The position numbers were made by a program, and so were the translations under genes. Shown here in pieces: positions 48,234-62,415 of a DNA stretch of 64,000 nt; within the stretch, counting starts at the first letter, position 1; each line of letters begins with the position of its first letter. Below the pieces are notes generated by a model. That model was not told where the DNA came from. It made no database searches and saw nothing but the letters and a program-made list of their open reading frames with translations. This DNA is from Candidatus Eiseniibacteriota bacterium (GTDB lineage: Bacteria; Eisenbacteria; RBG-16-71-46), in contig JBGAML010000002.1 in assembly GCA_044223005.1 (NCBI GenBank), forward strand, positions 64,001-128,000. Direction: 5' to 3'.

Positions 48234-48805
48234 CGCCCGAGAGCGACGACGACATCGCCCGGCGCATCCGGCGCCGGGACCCGCACGCGTTCGACGCCTT
48301 CTTCGAACGCTTCGGCGGGCCGTTGCTCCATTACCTCGCCGGCATGACGCGCGATCGCATGCTGGCCGAGGATCTCGTGCAGGAGACGGTGCTGCGCGTC
48401 CACCGGCACATCGGCCGCTACGAGGAGCGCGGGACGTTCCGCGCGTGGGTCTACCGGATCGCGACGAACCTCGCGCTCACCGAGCTGCGCCGGCGTTCGC
48501 GCGCCCCGGCGCCGCTGGACGCGGCGGCGCTCGAGCACGCGGACCCGCACGCGCCCGACATCGAAGGGGCGCTCGCGGCCGAGCAGGGCGCGCGAGTGCT
48601 CGGCGACGGACTCGCCGCGCTGCCGGATGCACACCGCGCGGTGTTGCTGCTGCGGGTGCGCGAGGAAATGGACCTGGCCGCGATCGCCGGCGCCCTCGGG
48701 ATCCCCGTGGGCACCGTGAAGTCCCGCATCCACCACGCCGTACGGCGGCTGCGGGAGTACGCCGAACGACGGGACGAAGCCCCCGAACGAGGAGAACACC
48801 CATGA
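48230..48805 (+). CDS. ECF sigma-70 factor
   Basis: AEDLVQET; FRAWVYRIATN; IAGALGIPVGTVKSRIHHA. Confidence 0.9.
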   Translation: MTPESDDDIARRIRRRDPHAFDAFFERFGGPLLHYLAGMTRDRMLAEDLVQETVLRVHRHIGRYEERGTFRAWVYRIATNLALTELRRRSRAPAPLDAAALEHADPHAPDIEGALAAEQGARVLGDGLAALPDAHRAVLLLRVREEMDLAAIAGALGIPVGTVKSRIHHAVRRLREYAERRDEAPERGEHP

Positions 48806-49305
48806 TGTCCTGTGACCAGGCGCACGAAGCCCTCGAAGCTCTCGTCTTCGCCGAGCTCGACGACGACCGGCACGCCCAGCTCAACGAGCACATCGGTTCC
48901 TGCGAAGCGTGCCGTCACGTCGAGCGCGAGCTGCTCGAACTTCGCGCGGGCGTGCGAGGTGTGGCGGCCGCACCGCGGCCGGAGCTCGCGGCGCGCATTC
49001 GCGCGGCGCTCGCGCGCGAAGCGCCGGTGCGCGCGCCGTTCTGGAGGCGGCCCGTACCCGCCTGGACCGCGGTCGCGGCGGTCGTCGGCTGTTCCGCGAT
49101 CGCGGCCGTGGCGCCGCCCCTGCCGCCGGCGCTGCATCGCGCGCCGTCCGCGACGTTCGCCGACACGTCCGGGGGCGTGCCGATGGCGGCCGGCGACGTG
49201 ACGTTCAGTCTCGCGGAGCCGTTCGACACGCGCGTGCGCGCGGTCGCCGAGTCGGCCGCGCGGGGCGATACCGCCCGGGACCGGATGCGCCGCGACACGC
49301 TCTGA
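48802..49305 (+). CDS. zf-HC2 membrane-anchored anti-sigma factor
   Basis: MMSC...HIGSCEAC followed by one TM segment; coupled to the sigma gene. Confidence 0.85.
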   Translation: MMSCDQAHEALEALVFAELDDDRHAQLNEHIGSCEACRHVERELLELRAGVRGVAAAPRPELAARIRAALAREAPVRAPFWRRPVPAWTAVAAVVGCSAIAAVAPPLPPALHRAPSATFADTSGGVPMAAGDVTFSLAEPFDTRVRAVAESAARGDTARDRMRRDTL

Positions 49306-49329
49306 GACGTCCGCCGTTCCGGGCGGGCT

Positions 49330-50013
49330 TCAGCGCGGGTCGCGGCTCCGCGGTGCGTGCGGGACGAACGCGTGCAGCACGACGTACCCGATCACCAGGC
49401 CCACGCCGTAGACGAGCGTGACGCCGAGCGAGCGCGGATCGTCACCCGAGTCGAGCGAGCTGCGGGCGACGCCGTGCACGAGCGCGCGCGGCGAGAGCAG
49501 CGCGTCCCAGCTGTTCCAGCGCAGGAAGCGGCCCATCCAGATGCCGAATCCCGCGAGCAGCAGCGAGCCCGCGGCGACGAGCCAGCCGGCGACGCGCCCC
49601 GCGTGCCGCGAGACCACGCCCTGCACGTCCGCCACCGACGCGTAGCCCAGCACGACGCCGCCGATCGCGTACGAGAAGACCATCGCGATGTCGAACCAGA
49701 AGGGCACGGGAGGGCCGGGGCGCAGGTGGACGAAATCGGTGACGATGTACGGGGCGTTCGGCAGGAACAGCAGCCACAGCGCGAACCACGCGGCCCGCAC
49801 GAACAGCGGCGCCCGCTCGCGATCCGCGCGCACGAGCAGCAGCGCGGCGACGGCGGGAATGGCGGCCAGCACCAGGTTGCGCGCGAGGAAGCCGTAGCCG
49901 GGCACCCCCGCGCGGTACCAGCGCGCGAGGAACAACGCCGCGCACCAGCCGGGGATGAGCACGAAGATCAGCAGCCGGCGATGGTCGACGAACGGCGCGA
50001 GCGGGTTCTTCAC
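49330..50013 (-). CDS. DUF1361-family membrane protein
   Basis: NLVLAAIP; WLLFLPNAPYIVTD; GRFLRWNSWD. Confidence 0.85.
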   Translation of the reverse strand: MKNPLAPFVDHRRLLIFVLIPGWCAALFLARWYRAGVPGYGFLARNLVLAAIPAVAALLLVRADRERAPLFVRAAWFALWLLFLPNAPYIVTDFVHLRPGPPVPFWFDIAMVFSYAIGGVVLGYASVADVQGVVSRHAGRVAGWLVAAGSLLLAGFGIWMGRFLRWNSWDALLSPRALVHGVARSSLDSGDDPRSLGVTLVYGVGLVIGYVVLHAFVPHAPRSRDPR

Positions 50014-50040
50014 GAGCGGGGGAGTCCTCGAGCGGGTGAT

Positions 50041-51387
50041 TCAGGCGGCGGCCGGGCGAGCCGGGGCGCGCCGCGTCACCGCGATGTAGACGAGCATGGC
50101 CACCAGCGAGATCGCGCCGACGCCCGCGAACGCGTACCAGAGGTAGTGGGCATGCGCGTACTCGACCGGCATCGGTCCCTGCCCGGCGAGCGCGAGCGCG
50201 TGCGCGGCCTGCGAGGCGGCCGGGAGCGACCGGGGATCGGGGCACCACGCCTTGAGCAGGTAGCCCGCGAACACGAAGCCGAAGAGCCAGGCGAAGAACG
50301 TGTTCATGTGCGCGTACCCGAGGTAGAGCCCTTCGCGCCCGGCGGGCGCCTGCTTCGAGGCGAACTCGAGGTACTTGGGCGACAGGAAGCACTCGGCGAG
50401 TCCCTGGATCGCGATCCCGAGCACCATCATGGCGGTGATCGGGTGCACCGAGAGCCCGAACACGTTCACGTTGCCGTGCAGCTGGTGCGACGCCGCCATG
50501 GCGAGCGACGAGAGCGGGATCAGGGCCATCGCGATCGCGATCGAGAGCTCCGGCGCCCACTTGCGCACGAGCTGCGTGATCCCGACGACGCCGAGCACGA
50601 CGACGAGCGGGTTCACGTTGGCATACCACTCGGGCTTGTAGGTCTCGCCGGCCATGCGCAGCACGTAGTCCGGCATCGAGGCGTAGAGCTGGCCCTGGAT
50701 CGCCCAGAAGCCGGCGGTGATCAGGATCAGGGCGGTGAAGCGCGCATTGCTCATCACCGTGAGCATGCCCTTCAGCGTCTCGCCGACGCTGCGCGGGCGC
50801 GCCTCGGACGACTCGGTGGGGCGGAAGAGCAGCGCCACGATCACGAGCGCGACGAGGGACGCGGCCGCCGAGAAGAAGGGCACGTTCTGCACGCCCATCT
50901 GGATCCGGATCGGCGCGACGATGGTCTTGCCGGTGAACGAGCCGATGTTCACGATCATGTAGAAGAGGCTGAACGCGCGCGCGCGGTTCGCCTCGGACGA
51001 CGAGCGCGCGGCGTTGGCCGTGATCACGGGCTTCACGAACGCGCCCCCGAGCACGACGAGCAGCAGCCCGAACAGCACGGGCGCCAGCGCGTGCACGACG
51101 CCCAGCATCCCGTACCCCGCCGCGAGCAGCGCGAACGCCAGCAGGAGCGAGTTCCGGAAGCCCAGGCGGTCGGCGGCCGCGCCGGTGAAGAAGGGGAAGA
51201 GGTAGATCAGCGCGCCGAAGAGCCCGGCGACGAAGCCCGCACCCACGTCGTCGAGCCCGACGACCCGCAGCAGGTACGTGCGCAGCGCGATGAAGGTGCC
51301 GTAGTAGGCCGCGCGCTCGCAGAGTTCGGCCGCGTTGGCGGTCCAGAACGAGCGCGGAAAGCTCCAGGTGGGGGCGGTCGTGTTCAT
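50041..51387 (-). CDS. POT/PTR-like MFS peptide transporter
   Basis: ELCERAAYYG (ExxERxxYY-like); FVKP; FYMIVNIGS; ECFLSP. Confidence 0.85.
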   Translation of the reverse strand: MNTTAPTWSFPRSFWTANAAELCERAAYYGTFIALRTYLLRVVGLDDVGAGFVAGLFGALIYLFPFFTGAAADRLGFRNSLLLAFALLAAGYGMLGVVHALAPVLFGLLLVVLGGAFVKPVITANAARSSSEANRARAFSLFYMIVNIGSFTGKTIVAPIRIQMGVQNVPFFSAAASLVALVIVALLFRPTESSEARPRSVGETLKGMLTVMSNARFTALILITAGFWAIQGQLYASMPDYVLRMAGETYKPEWYANVNPLVVVLGVVGITQLVRKWAPELSIAIAMALIPLSSLAMAASHQLHGNVNVFGLSVHPITAMMVLGIAIQGLAECFLSPKYLEFASKQAPAGREGLYLGYAHMNTFFAWLFGFVFAGYLLKAWCPDPRSLPAASQAAHALALAGQGPMPVEYAHAHYLWYAFAGVGAISLVAMLVYIAVTRRAPARPAAA

Positions 51388-51501
51388 GCCGGGCTCCGGG
51401 ACGGTGTGGGGCGGCGAGCCGCAGGAGCGTGACGCATGTGGGCCCGTGCCGCAAACGCGGCCGGGCCTTCCGCGGCCTCGGCCGCGTGCTAGGGTGCGCG
51501 C

Positions 51502-53010
51502 GTGCGCTCGGAATCCGTTCCCCGTCCCGATCGATACGACCGTCTCGCCGACCTCGCGGTGTTCGCGCTCGCGGCCGCGTGGATCGCCCGGCTGGTGCCG
51601 CAGGCGCTCGCCGCGCGGCTGCAGACGGACGAGTGCTTCCACGCGTGGGTCTCGCGCTGGATCGGCGCACACGGCACGATCCCGGACGCGGTGCCGGGAC
51701 TCTACGGTGGCTTCCCGTACTTCTACCCGCCGCTCTTCCATCTCCTCGGCGGCCTCGGCTTCACGTTCGGGGGCGAGACAGGTTTCCGCCTGGTGAACGT
51801 CGTCGTCGTGGCACTGGTGCTGCTGGTGGTCGCGCAGGGCGCCGCGCGGCTCGAGGCGCGGGGAGCGGCGCGCTGGGGTGTCGCGGCCTGCGTCGCGACG
51901 AGTTTCCTCGCCCTGCACGGCGTGCGGCTCTACGTCGAGGCGCTCTCGACGCTGCTCGTGACCGCGGCCGCGATGCGGCTCGCGGCGACCTGGCGCGACG
52001 CTCGCAGTGGTGACGCGGTGCAACTCGGGATCGCCGCCGGGCTCGCGATCGTGGCCAAGCTCTCGGCGCTCGTGCTGCCGCCGCTGCTCGCGGCGCTCGC
52101 CGTGGTCGAGTTCGTGCGCCGGAACGCGCCGCGGGGGCGGGCGCTCGCGATCGCCGCGGCCATCGCCACCGGGGTCGCGATGCCGTGGCTCGCCCGCTGC
52201 GCCGAGCGCTTCGGCAGCCCGCTCTACCCGATGGCGGGCCGCGGCGTGCACCCGCTGCTCATGCAGCTCAACGTGCGTCACTTCACGCCGTCGCCCATGG
52301 CGCTCTGGAGCGAGATGCCGCACCGCTTCGGGATCGCGATCCTGGGGCTGCTGCTTCTCGCGATCGCGGCCGCGTTCGCGCGCCGGAGGTTCCCGGCCGA
52401 ACTCGGCATGGCGCTCGGCGGGCTGGCGCTTGTCGCCGCGGCGCCGCTGCAGGCGATGCTCGCGTCGCGACACCTGCTGCCGCTCGTCGTCGCGATCGGC
52501 GCGCTCGCCGCGGTCGCGGCCGCGCGGCTGCTCGCGGACGCGCCGCGCGCCCGGCGCGCCCTCGACGTGGCGCTGCTCGCGTGCGCGGCGTGGGCGGTGC
52601 TCGCGATGCCACGCCTGCGCGCCGTCGAAGATCTCGACGAGCCGGTGGAGATGGACGCGGCCTTCGCCGCGATCCGCGCGCACGTGCCGGCGGACGAGAC
52701 CGTGCTCGCTCGCGAGACCTACGACGTGCTCTGGTACACGGGCCGGCCCGCGAACTGGCCGGTGCCGTTCGGACAGGCCGATCCGCCGGTCGGGCTCTTC
52801 CTCACGTCGGACCCGGACTCGATCGCGCGCGATCTCGTCCGGCATCGGATCCGCTGGGTGCTGCTCACCGACGACGCGGGGCCGCCGCGGTTCGACGGCG
52901 GCGACTGGCCGCAGCCGGTGCTCGACGGCCTGTCGGCGCTGGTGCGCGCGGGCCGCGCCGCCGAGGTGTGGCGCGAGGAGGACCACGCGCTCCTGCGCGT
53001 CGGGCCGTGA
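51502..53010 (+). CDS. GT-C fold (ArnT/PMT-like) membrane glycosyltransferase
   Basis: TDE after the first TM; YPPLF; GLAIVAK; many TMs; soluble C-terminal domain. Confidence 0.7.
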   Translation: MRSESVPRPDRYDRLADLAVFALAAAWIARLVPQALAARLQTDECFHAWVSRWIGAHGTIPDAVPGLYGGFPYFYPPLFHLLGGLGFTFGGETGFRLVNVVVVALVLLVVAQGAARLEARGAARWGVAACVATSFLALHGVRLYVEALSTLLVTAAAMRLAATWRDARSGDAVQLGIAAGLAIVAKLSALVLPPLLAALAVVEFVRRNAPRGRALAIAAAIATGVAMPWLARCAERFGSPLYPMAGRGVHPLLMQLNVRHFTPSPMALWSEMPHRFGIAILGLLLLAIAAAFARRRFPAELGMALGGLALVAAAPLQAMLASRHLLPLVVAIGALAAVAAARLLADAPRARRALDVALLACAAWAVLAMPRLRAVEDLDEPVEMDAAFAAIRAHVPADETVLARETYDVLWYTGRPANWPVPFGQADPPVGLFLTSDPDSIARDLVRHRIRWVLLTDDAGPPRFDGGDWPQPVLDGLSALVRAGRAAEVWREEDHALLRVGP

Positions 53011-53026
53011 CGCGCGCGCAAACGGA

Positions 53027-53051
53027 ACGGGCGGCCCGTGGGGCCGCCCGT
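53027..53051. terminator. Bidirectional hairpin between convergent genes
   Basis: ACGGGCGGCCC-GTG-GGGCCGCCCGT. Confidence 0.6.
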
Positions 53052-53074
53052 CGCCGCTCCGCGTTCGCGGAAGG

Positions 53075-54355
<1,281 letters not shown>

Positions 54356-54389
54356 GTCGGAATCTCCTCTGGATCGGTGGTCCGGCCGC

Positions 54390-56114
54390 TCACGCGCGCG
54401 GCCGGAGCCGGCGCGACGACTTGTAGGGATAGATGTCGAGTACTTCGCCCGCCCGATGGCGCTCCTGCATCTGGTGCCAGAACGCGATGTCGAGCAGCTC
54501 CTCGTGGTGCGCGAGGAAGACCTGGAGCAGCTCGCCGCGCAGCCCGAGGAACGAGCGGAACTCCTCGGGGAAGATATCCTTCTCGCCCACGAAGAACCAA
54601 GGCTCCCCGGCCCGCTCCTCGTCGTCCCCGGACGGGGCCGGCAGGCGTCGGAACACGCATTCGTCCAGCGGGCAGAGCTCGTCGTAGTCGTAGAAGATGA
54701 GCCGCCCGTGCCGCGAGACGCCGAAGTTCTTGAGCAGCATGTCGCCCGGGAAGATGTTGGTGGCCGCGAGGTCGCGCAGGACCTGGCCGTAGTCGATCAC
54801 CGCGTCGCGGGCGCCCTCGCCGTCGGCTTCGCGCAGGTAGAGGTCCAGCGGCTGCAGCCGGCGCTCGGTGTACAGGTGCCGGATCACGACGCGGCCGTCG
54901 TGGATCTCGACGCTCTCGGCGGCCGTCTTCGCGAGTTCCTCGAGCAGTGCCGGGTCGAACCGCGAGCGCGCGAACTCGAGGTGCTCGAACTCCTGCGCGT
55001 CGACCAGCCGCCCGGCGCGGTCGTGGCGGAACACGAGCCGGTACTTCTCGCGCACCTCGGCGTGCGTGACGGTCTTGGGGAAGTCGAAGCGGTCGCGGAT
55101 CACCTTGAACACGACGTCGAAGCCGGGAAGCGTGAACACGCACATCACCATGCCGCGCTGCCCGGGGGCGATCTCGAAGCGGTCGTCCGAGGCGGCCAGG
55201 TGGTGGAGCAGGGTGCGGTAGAGCTCGGTCTTGGCGTGCTTGCCGTGCCCGATCGCCGAATAGAGGTCCGCGAGCGGTTTGCGCGGCATGATCGAGCGCA
55301 GGAAGTCGACCAGTTCGCGCGGGCGCTCCGCGTGCACGAAGAAATACGAGCGCGCGAAACTGAACACGACGCTCACCTCGTCCTCGGAGAGCAGCACCGC
55401 GTCGACGAACACGCCGGGCTCGCCGCGATGGAGCGCCACGACCAGCGGCAGCGAGGGGCCGTCGGTGTGCAGCTTGCCGACGAGGTACGCGCCCTTGCCG
55501 CGGAAGAACACCTCGGCGGCGAGCTCGATCGCGCGCACCTGCAGCGCGCCCACCTGCCCGCGGATCGCGCGGGCGGTGCGGGCCGCGTCGTCCTCGAGAT
55601 CGGTCCAGCCGGGGGCGAAGGCGAAGTGCTCGAGCGTGCGCCGGACGAGCCGGTCCAGCGGCGCGCCCGCGCGCTCGAACGTCACGGTGAGGCTCCACGG
55701 CGGGCCATAGGCCGGCGCGACGGATTCGGACGAGACGAACTCGACCGCGGGATCGACGCCGATCGTGTGGAACAGCCGTCGCGTCACCGAGTTGAAGAAC
55801 GTCTCCGCCAGTTCGACGTCGCCGCGGCCCGAGAGGCGCCGCGCGAACTCGGCGCGGACCCGCGTCCAGGTGGGCCGATCGGTCGCGCGCTCGCCCAGCA
55901 CGTCGGCGAGCCGCGCGAGCGACTCGCGCAGGCAGTCGCCGTAGGCATCGAGCCGCAGGCCGTGGTCGCGCTGCATGGCGTGCCAGTCGGCGCGCTCGAA
56001 GTTCTCGCGCGCCCGGCGGGTCAGCGCGGCCACCCGCCGGCCGAGTTCCGCGTACGCGTCGTCGATCGCGGCCGCCGCCTCGCGGACGAGCGCGCCGTCG
56101 GCGGCGGTGCTCAT
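54390..56114 (-). CDS. aceK: Isocitrate dehydrogenase kinase/phosphatase
   Basis: [62 protein letters not shown]. Confidence 0.95.
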   Translation of the reverse strand: MSTAADGALVREAAAAIDDAYAELGRRVAALTRRARENFERADWHAMQRDHGLRLDAYGDCLRESLARLADVLGERATDRPTWTRVRAEFARRLSGRGDVELAETFFNSVTRRLFHTIGVDPAVEFVSSESVAPAYGPPWSLTVTFERAGAPLDRLVRRTLEHFAFAPGWTDLEDDAARTARAIRGQVGALQVRAIELAAEVFFRGKGAYLVGKLHTDGPSLPLVVALHRGEPGVFVDAVLLSEDEVSVVFSFARSYFFVHAERPRELVDFLRSIMPRKPLADLYSAIGHGKHAKTELYRTLLHHLAASDDRFEIAPGQRGMVMCVFTLPGFDVVFKVIRDRFDFPKTVTHAEVREKYRLVFRHDRAGRLVDAQEFEHLEFARSRFDPALLEELAKTAAESVEIHDGRVVIRHLYTERRLQPLDLYLREADGEGARDAVIDYGQVLRDLAATNIFPGDMLLKNFGVSRHGRLIFYDYDELCPLDECVFRRLPAPSGDDEERAGEPWFFVGEKDIFPEEFRSFLGLRGELLQVFLAHHEELLDIAFWHQMQERHRAGEVLDIYPYKSSRRLRPRA

Positions 56115-56962
56115 GCCGATGCCGCGGCGCCGAGCGGCAGCGTCATCTCGAGCTGGCCGGCCTCGCGCGTGGCGCCCGCGGCGCGCATCACGCGCGCCAC
56201 CGCGCCGTCGGCGGGGAAGTTGAGCGCGCGCACGGGCGAGCCCCACGCGGCCACGCCGGCGAGCAGCGCCCGCGCCGTGGCGTCGTCGTCGTGCACCGCG
56301 GCCGCCTGCAGCAGCGAGGCGCGGCCGGCGACGGCGATGCCGACGGCGGCGGCGACCCGTCGGCCGTCGGCCACGAGTTCCAGCCCGCCGAGGCGCGCCT
56401 CGGCCGACGCGAAGCGGCGCACGGACGCGGATTCGCGCTGCCACGGCTCCGGCGCGGGCCGGTGCGCGGCGATCCACGCCAGCGCGTCCTCGACCTCGAT
56501 CGCGCGCGCGCCGTCCGCGGGCAGCGGGTTCGCCAGCGACCACACCTCGACGCGCCGCCATTCGCGGAAGCCCAGCGACTCGTAGAGCGCGATCGCGGGG
56601 GCGTTCTGCTCGAGCACCTCGAGCTGCAGCGTGCGCGCGCCCGCGCGGGCAGCCGCGGCCGCCGCCGCCCGCATGAGCCGCCGGCCGGTGCCGCCGCGCC
56701 GCGCCGAGGGCACGACGCCCATGCCGCCGATCCAGGCGCGCTCGCCGCGCAGCCCGAGCATGACGATCCCGACCGGTTCGCCGTCGCGCACCGCGACCTG
56801 CGAGCCGTCCCGGTCGAGGTCGAAGCGCTCGATCATGCCGGTGAACGCGGCCGTGTCGACGTGGATCGGCACGAAGTAGTCCGCGTAGACCGCGCCGAAC
56901 AGCGCGGCGAGCGCGTCGGCGCTCCAGCGGCGGGCGGATTCGAGTTCGATCGCGTGGCTCAT
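56111..56962 (-). CDS. GNAT acetyltransferase, probably tandem-domain
   Basis: IGGMGVVPSARRGGTG; LEVLEQNAPAIALYESLGF; ATGA overlap with aceK. Confidence 0.85.
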   Translation of the reverse strand: MSHAIELESARRWSADALAALFGAVYADYFVPIHVDTAAFTGMIERFDLDRDGSQVAVRDGEPVGIVMLGLRGERAWIGGMGVVPSARRGGTGRRLMRAAAAAAARAGARTLQLEVLEQNAPAIALYESLGFREWRRVEVWSLANPLPADGARAIEVEDALAWIAAHRPAPEPWQRESASVRRFASAEARLGGLELVADGRRVAAAVGIAVAGRASLLQAAAVHDDDATARALLAGVAAWGSPVRALNFPADGAVARVMRAAGATREAGQLEMTLPLGAAASA

Positions 56963-57007
56963 GCCGGCACCTCCCCGTGAGGCGGGCAGCATACGGGCGC
57001 CGGGGGA

Positions 57008-57047
57008 GAAGAAGGAAGGGCCCGGCGGTGATGCCACCGGGCCCTCC
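57008..57047 (-). terminator. Intrinsic terminator after yceI
   Basis: AGGGCCCGGTGGCATCACCGCCGGGCCCT hairpin followed by a pyrimidine-rich tail on the minus strand. Confidence 0.6.
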
Positions 57048-57066
57048 TCACCGCTCGGGGGTGCGG

Positions 57067-57672
57067 CTACTTCGCTTCGTTGCCCTCGATGTTCAGCACG
57101 ATCGTGACGTCGTCGGACAGCATCATCCCGCCGTTGTCGAGCACCTTGTTCCAGTTGATGCCGAAGTCCTTGCGGTTGACGACGGCGGTCGCGGTGAAGC
57201 CGGCCTTGCCGCCCCAGCTCTGGCCGCCCACGCCGACCGCGCCCGCGCCGAGGAACTCGCCGTCAAACACGACCGGCTTGGTGACGCCGCGCATCGTGAG
57301 GTCGCCGGCGATCTTGTACTTGTTCTTGCCGGCCGCGGTGACCTTGGTGCTCTTGAAGCTCAGGGTCGGGAACGAATCGGCCGCGAAGAAGTCGGCGCTG
57401 CGGAGGTGGCCGTCGCGCTTCTCGTTGTCGGTCCAGATGCTCTTGGCTTCGGCCGTGGCGTCGACGCTGATCTTGGACGGATCCGCGGCGTCGAACACGA
57501 TCGTGCCCTGGAAGGTGTTGAAGCGCCCGTGCACCTTGCTGAACAGGTGGCGCACGTCGAAGCCGACTTCGGAGTGGGCCGCGTCGACCGTGTACTTGGC
57601 GGGAGCGGCGGCGGCGAGCGAAGCCATGGACGCGACGGCGACGAGCGCGAGGGCGATTCGGCGGAACGACAT
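57067..57672 (-). CDS. YceI-family protein
   Basis: Signal peptide; DAAHSEVGF; RDGHLRSADFF; GDLTMRGVTKPV; NRKDFGI. Confidence 0.93.
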   Translation of the reverse strand: MSFRRIALALVAVASMASLAAAAPAKYTVDAAHSEVGFDVRHLFSKVHGRFNTFQGTIVFDAADPSKISVDATAEAKSIWTDNEKRDGHLRSADFFAADSFPTLSFKSTKVTAAGKNKYKIAGDLTMRGVTKPVVFDGEFLGAGAVGVGGQSWGGKAGFTATAVVNRKDFGINWNKVLDNGGMMLSDDVTIVLNIEGNEAK

Positions 57673-58078
57673 CGTGGAAATCCTCCTCTGACGTGGGAGC
57701 GAAGGTCGGCGGCCGGCTGGCGGCACCGGGGGTCGAGATGCTGCGGCGGCGGGGGCTCGTGCCTCTCGACCGTCGGGAGCTTACGATGCGCAAGCTCGGG
57801 GGGCGTTGCAGGATTTCGTAACCATGAATGTGTTCAAACACACAATCGCGGGTGCGCTCCGGAACGCACAAGTTCGGCTGCCACTTGCACGGTTGACAGG
57901 AACTCGACAAGCGCGGGGAAGCCCCGGAAACCCCGCGATCCCTCGCGGGAGATGGCCTCGCTCCGGCCCTCCCTGGCCGGGCGGGAGTGCCGGATTCGGG
58001 TTAGACTGCCGTCTCGCCTTCCGCACGCCATCCCGTCCCCGGTGCCCACCCGCCGGGGCCGTACTTCGAGGAGGTCCC

Positions 58079-59680
58079 ATGAATCCGTCGGCCACCGGTA
58101 CCCTCGCGCCGGTCTCGCTGGAATCGCTGCCGCCCTACGCGCCCACCACCTACGTCGACTTCTCGCAGCCCGCCCACCGCGCCGCCTTCGAGGCCGCGCT
58201 CGCGGGCGTGCGAGCACAGGCCGGCGGCGAGTACTCGCTCGTGATCGGCGGGCAGCGCGAGAGCGGCTCGGGCACGTTCGCGTCCACGAACCCCGCGAAC
58301 CCGTCCGAAGTGCTCGGACGCTTCGCGAGCGCGACGGTGGACCAGGCGCAGCGTGCGGTCGAGACCGCCTACGCGACGTTCCGCACGTGGTCGCGCGTGG
58401 CGCCGGCCGAGCGCGCCGCGTACCTGGTCGAGGCGGCGAAGCGCATGAAGGAGCGCCGCCACCACTTCTCGGCGTGGATGGTGCTCGAGATCGGCAAGAG
58501 CTGGGGCGAGGCCGACGCCGACACCGCCGAGGCGATCGACTTCCTCGAGTTCTACGCCCGCGAGATGCTGCGCTACGACCAGCCGCAGCCCGTGCACCAG
58601 ATGCCGGGCGAGAAGGACACGATGGTGTACCTGCCCATCGGCGTGGGCGCCGTGATTCCGCCGTGGAACTTCCCGCTGGCCATCTGCGTCGGCATGACCG
58701 TCGCGGCGGTCGTCACGGGCAACACCGTGGTGCTCAAGCCGGCGAGCGACACGCCGGGCATCGCGTGGCAGTTCTTCGCGCTCATGGAGGAGGTCGGGCT
58801 CCCGGCGGGCGTGATCAACTTCCTCACCGGCAGCGGTGGCGTGGTCGGTGACGCGATCGTGCGCCACCCGAAGACGCGGTTCGTGTCGTTCACGGGCTCG
58901 CGCGAGGTGGGCATCGGCATCAACCAGCTCGCCGCGCAGGTGCAGCCGGGCCAGATCTGGCTCAAGCGCGTCGTGGCGGAGATGGGCGGCAAGGACGGCA
59001 TCGTGATCGACGACGAGGCCGACCTCGACGCTGCGGCGCTCGGCGTCGCGCAGTCGGCGTTCGGGTTCGGCGGCCAGAAGTGCTCGGCCTGCTCGCGCGC
59101 GATCGTCGTGGACAAGGTGCACGACGCCTTCGTCGAGAAGCTGCTCGCGCAGATCGCGAAGTTCGTGAACGTGGGCGATCCGGCGACGTACGGCACCTAC
59201 ATGGGGCCGGTCGCGAGCCAGCGCGCCATGAAGACGATCCTCGACTACATCGAGGTGGGGAAGAAGGAAGGCAAGCTGCTGCTGGGCGGCGGGCCCGTGC
59301 CGGGCGCGACGGGCTGGTTCGTGCAGCCGACGGTGTTCGACGACATCGCCCCGACGGCGCGCCTCGCGCAGGAGGAGATCTTCGGGCCGGTGCTCGCGAT
59401 CATCCGCGCGAAGGACTTCGACGACGCCCTCGCGATCGCGAACAACACCGAGTACGGCCTGACGGGCGCGTGCTTCTCGCGGAACCCGGCCAAGATCCAG
59501 AAGGCCCGCGACGAGTTCTTCGTCGGGAACCTCTACCTGAACCGCAAGTGCACGGGCGCCATGGTGGGCTGCCACCCGTTCGGCGGCTTCAACATGAGCG
59601 GCACCGACAGCAAGGCCGGTGGCCGCGACTACCTGCTGCTGTTCCTGCAGGCCAAGAGCGTCGCCGAGAAGATCGGCTGA
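58079..59680 (+). CDS. pruA: 1-pyrroline-5-carboxylate (glutamate-semialdehyde) dehydrogenase, RocA/PruA type
   Basis: EAIDFLEFY; PWNFP; FTGS; EMGGK; GQKCSAC; EEIFGP; YGLTG; PFGGFNMSG. Confidence 0.92.
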   Translation: MNPSATGTLAPVSLESLPPYAPTTYVDFSQPAHRAAFEAALAGVRAQAGGEYSLVIGGQRESGSGTFASTNPANPSEVLGRFASATVDQAQRAVETAYATFRTWSRVAPAERAAYLVEAAKRMKERRHHFSAWMVLEIGKSWGEADADTAEAIDFLEFYAREMLRYDQPQPVHQMPGEKDTMVYLPIGVGAVIPPWNFPLAICVGMTVAAVVTGNTVVLKPASDTPGIAWQFFALMEEVGLPAGVINFLTGSGGVVGDAIVRHPKTRFVSFTGSREVGIGINQLAAQVQPGQIWLKRVVAEMGGKDGIVIDDEADLDAAALGVAQSAFGFGGQKCSACSRAIVVDKVHDAFVEKLLAQIAKFVNVGDPATYGTYMGPVASQRAMKTILDYIEVGKKEGKLLLGGGPVPGATGWFVQPTVFDDIAPTARLAQEEIFGPVLAIIRAKDFDDALAIANNTEYGLTGACFSRNPAKIQKARDEFFVGNLYLNRKCTGAMVGCHPFGGFNMSGTDSKAGGRDYLLLFLQAKSVAEKIG

Positions 59681-59698
59681 ACCGCCGACGACACCGCC

Positions 59699-59729
59699 AG
59701 GCCGGTGGGAGCTCGCTCCCGCCGGCCTT
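59699..59729. terminator. Bidirectional hairpin between convergent genes
   Basis: AGGCCGGTGGGAGC-TC-GCTCCCGCCGGCCT. Confidence 0.6.
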
Positions 59730-59749
59730 CGTCGTCGGAGCCGTCCGGC

Positions 59750-60097
59750 TCAAGCCGCCTTGCCGATCCGGTTCTTGAGGACGACGGCGAGTTCCGTGAA
59801 CTCGGCCTCGAAGCGCGCGAGCGTCGCGGGAACGGCCGCCAGGTCGCCCTTCTTGCCCGCCTGCTCCAGCTCCAGCGCGATCGCCGCGAAACCCTTCGCG
59901 CCGATGGTCGCGCTGGCGCCCTTCAGGGCGTGCGCCGTCGCGCCCACGGCCTTCGCATCGTTCGACGACAGCGCGTTGCGCAGCTTTTCGAGATCGCGCG
60001 GCGCCGAGGCGAGGTACTCCTCGAGCACTTCGCGCTCGAACTCCGCATCGCCGCCGGTGATGGCGTCCAGCTGTCCGTAATCGAACTCCGTGGCCAT
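59750..60097 (-). CDS. Stand-alone Hpt phosphotransfer protein
   Basis: AHALKGASATIGA; GGAGGAG RBS. Confidence 0.9.
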   Translation of the reverse strand: MATEFDYGQLDAITGGDAEFEREVLEEYLASAPRDLEKLRNALSSNDAKAVGATAHALKGASATIGAKGFAAIALELEQAGKKGDLAAVPATLARFEAEFTELAVVLKNRIGKAA

Positions 60098-60123
60098 GAC
60101 TCCTCCGTTGAGTGGGCGCGAGG

Positions 60124-62376
<2,253 letters not shown>

Positions 62377-62415
62377 CGAGGGGCCGTCGCGTCGTGCGGC
62401 GGCCCACACCGCGGG

